Shown: positions 1-11,049 of the stretch, piece by piece | How the letters are laid out: the number at the start of each line of letters is the position of its first letter | Numbering within the stretch: the first letter of the stretch is position 1 | Assembly (NCBI GenBank): GCA_951406725.2 | Contig: OX597843.1 | Location: forward strand, 5,084,001-5,148,000 | Direction: 5' to 3' | Length of the DNA stretch: 64,000 bases | Origin: Octopus vulgaris | Taxonomy: Eukaryota | The notes under the pieces: generated by a model | Databases searched by the model: none | What the model saw: the letters and a program-made list of their open reading frames with translations, nothing else | What the model was told of the DNA's origin: nothing | Translations under genes and position numbers: made by a program

Positions 1-204
1 GCATGGGCTTAAAACCATTTATTGGTTAGGTTTTATGTCCAGCTGTGTATCTGTGTGTCAGTTATACTGAATGGTCTTTTAATGTTTGAAATATGACCGA
101 CTGTGAGCTCAAGAGTGTGTATATTGTGATTAATGTCACGTCTTATATATATATATATATATAAATTGATCAAAATAAAATAAAAACATGATGCGAAGGA
201 TTCA

Positions 205-282
205 GCGGTACATATGTTTCGGGCCTTTATTAGACAGATTTATAACAATGCATAATGTATGTCTGTGGCCTTCTTCAGCCGC
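205..282 (-). ncRNA. Type I hammerhead ribozyme 1
   Basis: Minus strand reads GCGG-CUGAAGA-AGGCC...GGCCC-GAAAC-AUAU-GUA-CCGC. Core boxes and stems I and II are present, stem III is palindromic, and the cleavage triplet is GUA. Confidence 0.85.
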
Positions 283-869
283 GCACAACAGCTTCCGCAA
301 GGACATGTGTTACATCAAAAATTCTTGATTGGGGATGCAAATCCTCTCATTCAGGTATGACATAATGCGGCAGCAGCATAGAATTGACGCGTCCATCTCT
401 TTCTTCTCTCAATGTAGAATGAGGAAAATTGGATGTTGAGGTAATGTAAATAAATAAATACATATATAGAGGTGAGGATGGAGGGGCGAGAGTTTGGGAC
501 GAGGGATAAAAAATGTATAAAAAGTGTAAGTATAGAATAATATAAAAATAATATAAAAATGTAGAGGATAAAGATATAAAGAGTTGTAAGGAGATGTAAA
601 GGGGGTATAAAGAAATATAAAGAAATGCAAATAAATGTAAAGGCATAAGGTTATAAAGTAAAAATAGAAATAGAAATAAAAGTAAAAAAATCTGATAAAA
701 CCATGATAAAAGAATGTAAAGATAAGGGATGTATAGAGGTTACGGACCAAGCATGGTGGTCAGGAGATTGGTAAAATTTAGTTGTAGAATTGTCAGTAAA
801 TCAACAGTTTCGTCTGGGGACTTAATGCGTTGTAAATCAGAGCTGATGAGCATTTAATCTGGTTCCTTG

Positions 870-2075
870 AATTAAATGGACTTCTAGTACATACATATCA
901 TCATGGATACATACACCCACATACACGCGTACATATACGCCTCCAAGCATATAAGCATACACACGCACTCGCGCGCAAACACGTACATAAACACACACGC
1001 GCGCACACACACATACATACACCAGAACATCCGCATATATACACGGACATTACGCGCGTACACGCTCACATGTATATACGCGCGCCCATCACTACATACA
1101 CACACGTATATGCCCACGCTTCTAGGTCCAGGTATAAGATATTAAAGGATGTGTATAAGAACGTAAGTAAAGAATCCCGTACTCATGTCAATACGCGCAC
1201 GCACACACGGCTGTGTGTCCGTATGTGCGTGCACATATACACTCACATACACAAACAGAGAGACACACGCGCACATGGGTATAGCTATAAGATATCGAAG
1301 TATGCATGTGCATATGTGCGCGTGCATATGTATGTATGCGTACACACACGTATGCGGACGCTCGTATATTCAAAAGATGGATCCATAGGTAAGTAAATAA
1401 ACATATATAGAGGTGTAAAGCGATAAGTTAGGGGTAAGAATGAGGGTAAGGGTAAAGATTAGAAATAAAAAATACAGTATAAAATAAGAAATACAATGTA
1501 ATAGTTAGAAATGAAGTATAAGAATTATAAAAATTATAAGAGTTAAGGTAAGGGATGAAAATGAAAATGAGAATAAATGGGAGTAGAATAAAAGTAAAAA
1601 TAAAAATAAATGGAAGTAGGATAAAAGTAAAAATAAAAGTAAAAGTAAAAATAAAATAAAATAAGATAAAAATATAATTTTGTAAAGTTTAACATGAGAT
1701 GGAGGTGGTTGAAAGTTAGAGGTGTGTGTTAAACGTAGGGGCGGGCGGGGGGAACTGAAAATTGGAAGGGTGGGAAGTGGAGTTTGGCGGTGTGCGTTCA
1801 ACATCTGAGTTAGAAATGTGAAAGGGTATAGATATAGGGAATTAAAGAGACTACATAGGGAGGATATGGGTGTAGGAGAAGAAATATTTAGGGAAAAGAA
1901 GTCATATATGGGAGACAAAATTTGTATATATAGGGGGAAATGCAGGGAACCGTATATGCACATACACACACCCACACACACGCACATGTGTATATATATG
2001 TATATGTACACATACGTACACGTATGTGCACATACATACGCACACGCACGCACGCACACATACACACGCACATAT
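870..2075. repeat. Mixed (CA/TA/CG) microsatellite and purine-skewed low-complexity DNA in the PLE 3' region
   Basis: Alternating purine-pyrimidine tracts at ~890-1370 and ~1950-2075; A/G-rich runs elsewhere. Confidence 0.85.
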
Positions 2076-2149
2076 AGGAAAGCGGGATGTGCTGGAGCCG
2101 ACAGGTTGCACCGGGTGGGAGGAAATTGCATGGGTGGTTGGAATAAGAC

Positions 2150-3010
2150 CTAAGCATTGTAGTATTTGAAAGTATTAATAAGTTTATGTATACAGGATGG
2201 TTTGAACTCTGACCTTTTGTTAATACGATTGTGTTTGTCTTTGAATTTCAAGATGTTCAGGAGTTCTACACAGCATAGTTGGCATCCTGCTCTATTATTT
2301 AAATAAGGTGCAGCTGATCCGATGATGGACCATCTGAGTTTGAAGCCTATGCATTTGTCTTTTAATTCCCAAATTCTTTTAGAGAGGGAGGTGCTGTTAG
2401 CCTTATGTCTGTGTCTCAGCGAGGACTGGTGGTTGTAGTATCTGGATTTCCAGGAGGTTGAGCAACCAATATAGGTGAGTGTGTTAAACTGAGTACTCAC
2501 CTCACATGAGTATATTACGTTTTTCGCCCTACATGCGCCCTGCAGCGGGCACTCTGATGCACATCTGCAGTTGCATTGCATTGCATTATTCGGTCGTGTG
2601 CTGCTAATCCCAGGCGGAGGTGTTGCAATACAAGTGGGGGCGCTGGTATCCTCCTGGTTGTTGATGGGTGTAGTATTTCCTCTGTTGTGTTGGCGGGTGT
2701 TATTACTAACTGTTTGGGTAGTATGGCTGTCAGTCTGGTTATATTGTCTACTGTCTAGATGAGGGGGGTTCTGTTGGTCGCTATGGTTTGCTCTTGATCT
2801 AGCTGTTCTAATATTAATATAGTTATGTTTAGCTATGAGGCAGCTCATGTTGGGCAGAGTAGAGTAGGAAATCCTAATAGTTTTGTTGGAGAAGATGCTT
2901 CTATACTTGTGGGTGGGTGGGAAGTTGTTGGAAATTATAGAGAATATTCTCTTACATAACTTACCCCTAATTGCTAAGTTGAAAGGTATGTTGAACCATA
3001 TATATTTGCG
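2150..3010 (-). pseudogene. PLE linker and GIY-YIG endonuclease
   Basis: IWFNIPFN...ISYSTLPNM...CNCRCASECPLQGAC..NVIYSC..YIGCS..WKSRYYNH..CQLC..E..NKRSE..C.H. Confidence 0.9.
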
Positions 3011-3298
3011 TAATCTATTATTATCCCTTCTATTTCTCCTAATAGGATCTATATTGCTCTCGTCGGGAGGGTTACTATTGTGTGCTGTTCTCTTAGTTCG
3101 CCTATTTCCTATACGTTGTTTGGAGTTTAAATTAGAATTATCGCTAGTGTGAGTTGAGTGCTGAGTTCGATTATAATTGGGAGTCTTATGGCCGACGGAC
3201 GCGTTCCCGGGTGGTCTACATATGATATTCTCTGGTTATACCCGGCACTATAGAGAGCCTGGTTGTAGTGTTGTGCATGATTATTGAAAATTTCTCTA

Positions 3299-4562
3299 TT
3301 AGAGGATAGTTTTGTCAGTCTTGTCTGAGATGGCTTGGACCGTGGTGCTAATTATACAGGGTGGATGGTTGGAAGAGGTATGGATGTATTTGGTAGTTTC
3401 TTCTGGTTTCCTATACGGGTAGTGAAGGTGCTTATTCAAATCTAACGTAACATCTAAGAAATTTACTATTTTAGTGTTGGTCATAAATTCTAGTTTAAGA
3501 TTGAAGGATTTGAAAAAAAGCCTGATCTTTTTCCTAATTCTTTCTAGTTTACTCCTATTGTTGGTGGGGTATATGAAGAGAGCGTCGTCTCTGTATAGAC
3601 CCCCCTGAAGATCCGGTACCTCGGAGAAAAGCTTCTTGAGCAGGTAGGCCCCGACCAAGTCAGTCACCTGAGCAGAATCGCTCGAGCCCATAGCCACATC
3701 GAAATTGTCGGGGGTATCGGATCTGGTCCAGAGTCTGCCGTCGAATTCTATTATGGTTTTTCTAGCTAATAGAATTATGTCAATTTTTTCTCTGTCTATG
3801 AGTGAAAGGTTGCGGGCAAAAATAAGGGATTTGTTAAGTAAGATGGGGGATATACTGGCGTAGTAGTTAGCTATGTCGAATTGGATGAAAGAGTAGTCGG
3901 GCCTATTGGTGATAGTGTTAAACCATTCTAGCACATCGTTGGTGTTAATCCATAGTTGGAGTGGGATGTGGGGTTTGATGTGTGGGATCACCTTGTCCAA
4001 GATGGTCTTGCTAAGTCTGCCGATATCCGATTTAGTCGGACAGATTAATCGAACTCCTACACTATCTGGGAAGTCTTTCTTATGGTCTTTAATAGTAATT
4101 TTGGGTACTTGTGGTTTAATAGGTTCTGTTCTGTCCAGGAGGTCTAATTTGCTCATAACTTCCTTGATTTTGTAGTTAATTTCCTTAAGGTTATCCGTAG
4201 AAGTAGTTTTATACTTTTTGCTAAGTTCCCTCATGATGAGCGATTTGTAGGTTTGGTAGTCTAGCCTATACCAGTTCCCAGTCTTGTCGGCGGGTATGAT
4301 AAGACTATCATCGTTCCTAAGTGAATGCAGGAAATCTTTAAGGCTCCTTAAGTGGGTGTTGGAAATGGTCTTATGTTTACTAATGTTGATGTTGGTAATG
4401 AGGTCGATTAAGTCTTTTTCAAAATTTTCCAGTGCGTAGTTAGAGGGTGGGTTTCTTCTGCTTTTAAATATCTTCCTGTGTGCTATTTCTTCTTGGTTAG
4501 AGTTGGGGTTGCTTTTCTCCGGGTTATCGAAATGGTAGGCCGCCCACCTGATTCTTCTAATA
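3299..4562 (-). pseudogene. PLE reverse transcriptase region (frame open upstream of ORF 3299..4234; frameshift near 3310)
   Basis: ORF track 3299..4234 shows the RT motifs. The same frame reads IRWAAYHF...IIPADKTGNWY back to the TA tract. Confidence 0.9.
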
Positions 4563-4604
4563 ATATATATATATACGAGAAAGAAGCAACAAGAATGGAT
4601 TAGT

Positions 4605-4695
4605 TTTTAGTACAATTGTTTCATACAAAGACAGGCTTTATTACAAGTTGCAAAAATTGCAGCAGATAAAAGTGTCCTGTACTCATCAGCTAAAA
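4605..4695 (-). ncRNA. Type I hammerhead ribozyme 2
   Basis: Minus strand reads UUUUAG-CUGAUGA-GUAC...GUAU-GAAAC-AAUU-GUA-CUAAAA. Confidence 0.85.
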
Positions 4696-4737
4696 TACAT
4701 ATGAGTTCTCTAGACATCTTAGTGGGTGAGGTTATAC

Positions 4738-5046
4738 TCATGAAATATTGGAGATAATTCCATTAAAGGCAGATATAGGTTGCAAACAGTTTTTCAAAGT
4801 TCCTTCATGATGATGCACAGTCTTATCACAGATTTTTGAAAACTTATTAGTTTCGAAGAGAAGATGAATCAATCCATAGTGTAGATTTAAATTTCCAGAG
4901 ATATGAAGAGGATGGTGCACAGACTTATCACAGGTTTTTAAAAGCTTATTAGCTTCACAGAAAAGGTGAATTAATCCGTAGTGAAGATTTACATTTCCAG
5001 CGATATGAGGAGGAATTTCATACTCACAGACGATGAATTTGACCAT
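4738..5046 (-). pseudogene. Fragment with two ~35-aa ankyrin-like repeats upstream of hammerhead 2
   Basis: PPHIAGNVNLHYGLIHLF...DKSVHHPLHISGNLNLHYGLIHLL...DKTVHH; the D-x4-PLH spacing resembles ankyrin. Confidence 0.4.
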
Positions 5047-5263
5047 TATTAATCCATATTATTATATATATATATATATATATAATACAAAATTAGAAAA
5101 TGGAGAAACATACTTAAATCAATCAAACATCAACCATCAGATGATACCCAATCAATACTTTATTACACCATTACATAACAGTAACGGCATTATACAAAAT
5201 ATATTGTAAATATAATTAGACAAGGAAATAGAAATATAAAATATAATATGTAATTATATCATA

Positions 5264-5374
5264 TCTGACAGCTGTTTCGGCAATAAGGGCAAGCATGCCT
5301 CATTTAACCTATAAGCCATATAAGGCAGGTATAAATGAGATATTAACAAGGATGTCCCACGGCCTCTTCAGAGA
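5264..5374 (-). ncRNA. Type I hammerhead ribozyme 3
   Basis: Minus strand reads UCU-CUGAAGA-GGC...GCC-GAAAC-AGCU-GUC-AGA. Confidence 0.8.
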
Positions 5375-5913
5375 ATTTAATAAATTATAATTGTGAAAAA
5401 AATTTTTTTTCCATATACATATATATATAAAAATGTAAAATATAAAAACGTGTGCATAGACACCATAATACAACACATATATATATATATTCATTAATAC
5501 AATAATACAAGATACACAAAACAAAATACAATATATATTAATAAGCACAGTTATTCTACATATTGAGCTAATATTTCTAAAAACTAACACACAGGAAAAT
5601 ATATGCACACTCACATTTAAATTAAAATCAGACTTATACATGAAAAATAATAAAAAAACACATTTCAGTTCATAAAATTATAAACCTGTAAAAGTCAATA
5701 ATAATTACTATTAATATTAATAATAATAATAATAGATACAATTATGTCTGTACCAAGTACATCCATCGGATATCGACATATCTATGTGTCTGGTTATTCT
5801 GTCTGCTTGATATTGATTATTCTAGATTAATTCGATAGGTTTATAGTTTAAAATTTGAATCACAAAAGAAATTTTACGGTTAGTTAGTCAAGAAACGCAC
5901 ACGCACATCCACA

Positions 5914-6236
5914 GGCGCGTGGCTCAGTGGTTAGAGCGTCGAGCTTACGATCGTGAGGTTGTGAGCTTGAATCCCGGACCGGGCTGGGTGTTGTGTTCTT
6001 GAGCAAGACACTTTATTTCACGTTGCTCCAGTTCACTCAGCTGTAGAAATGAGTTGTGATGTCACTGGTGCCAAGCTGTATCGGCCCCTTTGCCTTTCCC
6101 TTGGATAACATCGGTGACGTGGAGAGGGGAGACCGGTATGCATGGGCGACTGCTGGTCTTCCATAAAACAACCTTGCCCAGACTTGTGCCTCAGAGGGTA
6201 ACTCTCTAGGTACAAACTCATGACCGAATGGGGTCA
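5914..6236 (+). mobile_element. tRNA-derived SINE (CORE-like body)
   Basis: A box TGGCTCAGTGG, B-box-like GCTTGAATCCC, then ttgagcaagacactttatttcacgttgctccagttcactcagctgta. A second copy lies at 51668-51950. Confidence 0.85.
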
Positions 6237-6395
6237 ATATATATATTTATAATAAGAGTAGATCGTATACGAACGGGTATATATTTGTAAAAAAGAAGTT
6301 TGAAAACGCCACTATATTAGATGAATTTTAATTTTACATGTTTCGGTTCTTGAAAAAACGAACCTTATCAAAAAAATTTATTATAAAAAGTACAT

Positions 6396-6810
6396 CCGAT
6401 CGTGGCTGTTCGCCAGCCTCATCTGGCACCTGTGTCGGTGGCACATAATAAACACCATCCGAGCGTGGCCATCTGCCAGCCTCGTCTGGCACCTGTGTCG
6501 GTGGCACATATAAAAAAACCATCCGAGCGTGGCCGTCTGCCAGCCTCGTCTGGCACCTGTGTCGGTGGCACATAAAAACACCATCCGAGCGTGGCCGTTC
6601 GCCAGCCTCGTCTGGCACCTGGGTCGGTGGCACATAAAATCACCCACTACACTCTCGGAGTGGTTGGCGTTAGGAAGGGCATCCAGCTGTAGAAACACTG
6701 CCAGATCTGACTGGCCTGGTGCAGCCTTCGGGCTCCCCAGACCCCAGTTGAACCGTCCAACCCATGCTAGCATGGAAAACGGACGCTAAATGAATGATGA
6801 TGATGATGAA
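6396..6810 (+). mobile_element. 3' part of a SINE with an RTE-type LINE tail and internal ~59-bp tandem repeats
   Basis: Four internal repeats, the motif tggttggcgttaggaagggcatccagctgtagaaac, and an (ATG)n tail. Related copies at 42150-42630 and 43920-44402. Confidence 0.75.
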
Positions 6811-6827
6811 TGGAACAGTTCATAATC

Positions 6828-7205
6828 GTTACATACATTCAATAGAATCCATGTTACATACATTCAATAGAATCCATGTTACATACATTCAATAGAATCC
6901 ATGTTACATACATTCAATAGAACCCATGTTACATACATTCAATAGAACCCATGTTACATACATTCAATAGAATCCATGTTACATACATTCAATAGAATCC
7001 ATGTTACATACATTCAATAGAATCCATGTTACATACATTCAATAGAATCCATGTTACATACATTCAATAGAATCCATGTTACATACATTCAATAGAATCC
7101 ATGTTACATACATTCAATAGAATCCATGTTACATACATTCAATAGAATCCATGTTACATACATTCAATAGAATCCATGTTACATACATTCAATAGAGTCC
7201 ATGTT
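6828..7205. repeat. 25-bp minisatellite, ~15 copies
   Basis: Near-perfect unit gttacatacattcaatagaatccat. Confidence 0.97.
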
Positions 7206-7417
7206 CTTGAAAAGACGAACCTTGTCAAATATATTATAAAGAGTATAGTAGAAAAGATCCATAGTCGTTCCTTACTGTTTTGTCGAGTGTAGTGGAGAAG
7301 TTCATTATAGATTTCTTGCTGGTATCAAAAGGAACCGCTTCTGTGTTACCTTGTGTTCCAATGGGAGCAACTGTAGTGATTCTTGGTCGTCGTCTGTTGG
7401 TCGTATATATATATATA

Positions 7418-7804
7418 CTAGCAGTATCGCCCGGCGTTGCTCAGGTTTGTAAGGGAAATAACTATAAAGCATTTTTAGAGAGTTATAGCCAAAAAATAGC
7501 AAAAAAATGGAAAAAAAAATGATGGTAAATTTTTTTTTGAGAGTTAAAAAAGGTAGAGTTGCGTCCCCTAGACGGTCTGTGGTTTGGGTTTCTAATTCTC
7601 GACCCCATGTCGAATTTATGGATTTTTTTCAGAACTGGGGGAACTTTTCAAAATTTTCTCTGCGTTAGTTTTGAATTATGACATTGGGCTATGTGTGTGT
7701 CAAGTTTCATCAGAATCGGTTGAAAGCCGTGGTCAGGGTGAGGGTACGAGAAAACAGACACACAGAAACACACACAGACAAACTGCCGTTTATATAGAGA
7801 GAGA
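7418..7804 (-). mobile_element. Non-autonomous Helitron (~390 bp)
   Basis: Minus strand begins TCTCTCTCTATATAAACGG and ends with a GC-rich hairpin (cctgagcaacgccggg) followed by CTAG. It sits between A and T with no TSD. Confidence 0.8.
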
Positions 7805-8296
7805 TATATGTATATATATGGGAAAAATTGTAAAAGTGCAGAATGCTAAATTGAAAGAAAGTTTTAATGAAATGAGAAATTGATAAAATATATAAGTATA
7901 TTTTAATTCAAACCGGTTTTCGTCATAATGTGACTTTTCAAGAATTGTAAGGTAAAAAATTTTTTTAAAAGTGAGAAAGGGGAAAAAAGAAAGTTGCATT
8001 GTTTTTTGCAAAAGAATAATAATAAATATGTACAAAAATTTAAAAAATAAGTACTCCGATACATTGTGAATTCTTTGTGAAAGAATTATATATATATATA
8101 TATATATATATAATCAAAAAGGGTAATAATATGGATTACTACCAGTGGCCCAGCACAAAAGACGAATTAGACAAAATATTATTCATATAGAAATATAATT
8201 AAGGGCTCCTAAATAAGGATGCCAAATGCTAGGGACACAAAAAAAGGATAGATTTATCGAGAGTGAAAATCAAAAACATTTACCATTAACGATACA

Positions 8297-8376
8297 TCCC
8301 GGACTGATATCAGTTTCTACCTCTTTCTAGCAAAACAAACAGATTATGTATGCTAAGGTTGGTTTCATCAGCGAGA
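8297..8376 (-). ncRNA. Type I hammerhead ribozyme 4, at the 3' (minus-strand) edge of the mosaic
   Basis: Minus strand reads UCUCG-CUGAUGA-AACC...GGUA-GAAAC-UGAUAUCA-GUC-CGGGA. A (TA)n tract lies at ~8088-8112. Confidence 0.8.
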
Positions 8377-8879
8377 CACCTAAGTTAAATCGAGACTATT
8401 TAAACACACTGCTTCTTGGTGTGACATCATTTCCCCTTGCGTCTGGTTCCCTCAATCCACATTACCTGCTTCATTTCTTCATGTGACACCACCCCAGGTC
8501 TAAAGATCACTGCTCCTCTCTTCTTGGGTGGCCAATGTTCCCTTTGTTATCTTTGTAGGGTCACAGGGCTGGTCTCTCCCTCAACTTTTTCATCAGTGGA
8601 GCTAACCACCCTCCAAACACAAGATATGTGAACTGGCATGCATTATGGGGCTTCACCCATTCTTGCCCTACTATCTGAACAGATTTAACCCCTTCTAAAT
8701 CTGACTGCTGTGGGGTCAAACATGGATGTCTCCATTTATACTGGAATGCTTCAGAGGGCAGATTCATCCCCACTAAGTCATGGTTTGGGCTGCGCGATGG
8801 TGTCATTCCACAATTCTATTTCTACTGGGTCTGTATGCAGCTCTTAAGAAATCTCCACCGGAATCTAACATCGTCTTAC

Positions 8880-8965
8880 CAGTCAACTGAAGACAAGTTG
8901 ATGGCTTCATTATCATGAATAATGCATACTTTTGTAATAGAATCTGCATCACATCATCACCAATT
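8880..8965 (-). pseudogene. TERT: Isolated TERT-like exon (telomerase TEN domain, GQ-motif region)
   Basis: Encodes IGDDVMQILLQKYALFMIMKPSTCLQLTG, compared with human TERT [29 protein letters not shown] (recalled from memory). Preceded by a pyrimidine tract with AT in place of AG and followed by GTAAGA. Confidence 0.75.
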
Positions 8966-9114
8966 ATGCAGAAGATAAAACAAAAAAATACTTCCCTAGC
9001 CACACCTTCTGCACTGGACAGCCCAGCAAAGAAAAGAACTGTTCAAACACTCTGCTTCTTAATGTGACACCATTTCCCCTTCCTTTTGGTCCCCTCATTT
9101 TATTTAATTTTATT

Positions 9115-9610
9115 TAATTCTACTCTTATCCAATCACAGCATATGTAAAGCTGTATAACCATTTGCATGTCTCTAGCTGACATCTCTCCTCCTTCTTCTA
9201 TCAATATCTCGATTAGTTCTATGTTACCTTGCTAACAAGATGTCACCATGAGAGTTTGGCCATTTGAACTTATTTGTTTGATTTTATCAGACGGTAATTT
9301 GTTTTTTCATTCGTCGGTTACAAATTCGCCTATCAAGATATGTTGTACTTTGAGTATGTTCTCAAAGATTCTTAAAGAAGATGCCACTGTATGAAATTTG
9401 TTATAGAATTTGGTAGCTAGAATTTCCATCTTAGACGATTCTTTCTTTGGTATCATTCCACAATTCTATTTCTACTGGGTCTGTGTGCAGCTCTTAAAGA
9501 AATCTCCACCGGCATCTAACATCGTCTTTATTAGTTCTATGTTACCTTGCTAACAAGAGGTCACCATGAGAGTTTGACCATTTGAAGTTGTTTCGTTGAT
9601 TTCATTAGGA
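9115..9610 (-). pseudogene. Decayed ankyrin-repeat fragments (two related pieces)
   Basis: INETTSNGQTLMVTSC*QGNIELIKTMLDAGGD and SNGQTLMVTSC*QGNIELIEILIEEGG...NGYTALHML. Confidence 0.6.
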
Positions 9611-10142
9611 TGTAATTTGATTTTTCATTCTTTTGATGAAATCTGACTAAGCTCCTGGTCAGAAAGGAATACTTCCCTAGCCACACCTTCTGCACTGGAC
9701 AGCCCAGCAAAGAGACTGTTTAAACACACTGCTTCTTCGTGTGACATCATTTCCCCTTGCATCTGGTTCCCTCAATCCACATTACCTGCTTCATTTCTTC
9801 ATGTGACACCACCCCAGGTCTAAAGATCACTGCTCCTCTCTTCTTGGGTGGCCAATGTTCCCTTTGTTATCTTCGCAGGGTCACAGGGCTGGTCTCTCCC
9901 TCAGCTTTTTCATCAGTGGAGCTAACCACCCTCCAAACACACGATATGTGAACTGGCATGCATTACGGGGCTTCACCCAATCTTGCCCTCTTATCTGACC
10001 AGATTTAACCCCTTCTACATCTGACTGCTGTGGGGTCAAACATGGATGTCTCCATTTATACTGGAATGCTTCAGAGGGCAGATTCATCCCTACTAAGTCA
10101 TGGCTTTGGTTGTGCGATGGTGTCATTCCACAATTCTATTAT

Positions 10143-10910
10143 ATTTTATAAGAGTGATTTCTCTCTGGCATTGCACACGATGGGGAACCTTCTCTTTTGC
10201 GCACTGGTCCCATTATGAATATACTTGTTAAGATTTGGCTTTATATATTTTCAATGGTGTTGGTGAAAACTATTATATAGGCACTCCATAAATATGTTAG
10301 ATGTATGAGGTCACGTAATCTTATTTTACAGTTTTCCAGGTACGATTTCTTCCTAATAGAAACTTTCTCACCTTTGTGTGTCGGGCATCGAAATATTTTT
10401 TCTTTGTTGTATTTTATAAGAGTGATTTCTCTCTGGCATTGCACACGATGGGGAACCTTCTCTTTGCGTAATCTTATTTTACAGTTTTCCAGGTACGATT
10501 TCTTCCTAATAGAAACTTTCTCACCTTTGTGCGTTGGGCACCGAAATATTTTTTCTTTGTTGTATTTTATAAGAGTGATTTCTCTCTGGCATTGCACACG
10601 ATGGGGAACCTTCTCTTTTGCGTAATCTTATTTTACAGTTTTCCAGGTACGATTTCTTCCTAATAGAAACTTTCTCACCTTTGTGCGTTGGGCACCGAAA
10701 TATTTTTTCTTTGTTGTATTTTATAAGAGTGATTTCTCTCTGGCATTGCACACGATGGGGAACCTTCTCTTTTGCGTAATCTTATTTTACAGTTTTCAAG
10801 GTACGATTTCTTCCTAATAGAAACTTTCTCACCTTTGTGTGTCGGGCATCGAAATATCTTTTCTTTATGTTTTACCAGTCATTTCTCTCTGGCATTGCAC
10901 ACGATGGGGA
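10143..10910. repeat. 153-154-bp tandem repeat, ~4 copies plus a detached partial copy
   Basis: attttataagagtgatttctctctggc recurs at ~10144, 10411, 10564 and 10718. Confidence 0.93.
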
Positions 10911-11049
10911 GAAACCTCATTCAGAACTTTCTCTTCCTTTAGGAAGGAATATGTCCCATCGAAGTCTTGGACGATACTATACAAATCACACAACATATTA
11001 TTTAATAATAATATTTTTTGAACAAAGTAAATAATTTTTTTGTTTTGTC

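Larger units (their letters stand above)
163..4562 (-). mobile_element. Penelope-like retroelement (RT plus C-terminal GIY-YIG endonuclease), 5'-truncated and frameshifted, flanked by (TA)n
   Basis: RT motifs FDIANYY, AMGS, GLYRDDAL, NFLDVTL and YRKP..YIH.SSNHP; upstream ADKTGN; downstream CNC..CPL..C linker and VIY..YIG GIY-YIG motif. The 3' UTR carries a hammerhead. (TA)n tracts at 145-162 and ~4563-4575. Confidence 0.92.
8392..10140. repeat. Local duplication (8392-8820 repeated at 9712-10140) with shuffled TERT-like and ankyrin pieces between the copies
   Basis: Near-identical ORFs 8437..8631 / 9757..9951 and 8561..8806 / 9881..10126. Confidence 0.9.

Noticed and set aside
836-860. CTGATGA box on the plus strand as a fifth hammerhead
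   Set aside because: No downstream GAAA box with matching stems.
347-2157. Many overlapping ORFs rich in Y/I/F or C/V/H/T
   Set aside because: They are translations of microsatellite and low-complexity DNA in the PLE 3' region, with no domain signal.
5914-5990. tRNA gene
   Set aside because: The A and B boxes continue into a SINE body that is repeated at 51668-51950, and there is no complete cloverleaf.
6828-7205. CRISPR-like appearance of the 25-bp repeat
   Set aside because: The units are head-to-tail with no unique spacers, there are no cas genes, and the context is eukaryotic.
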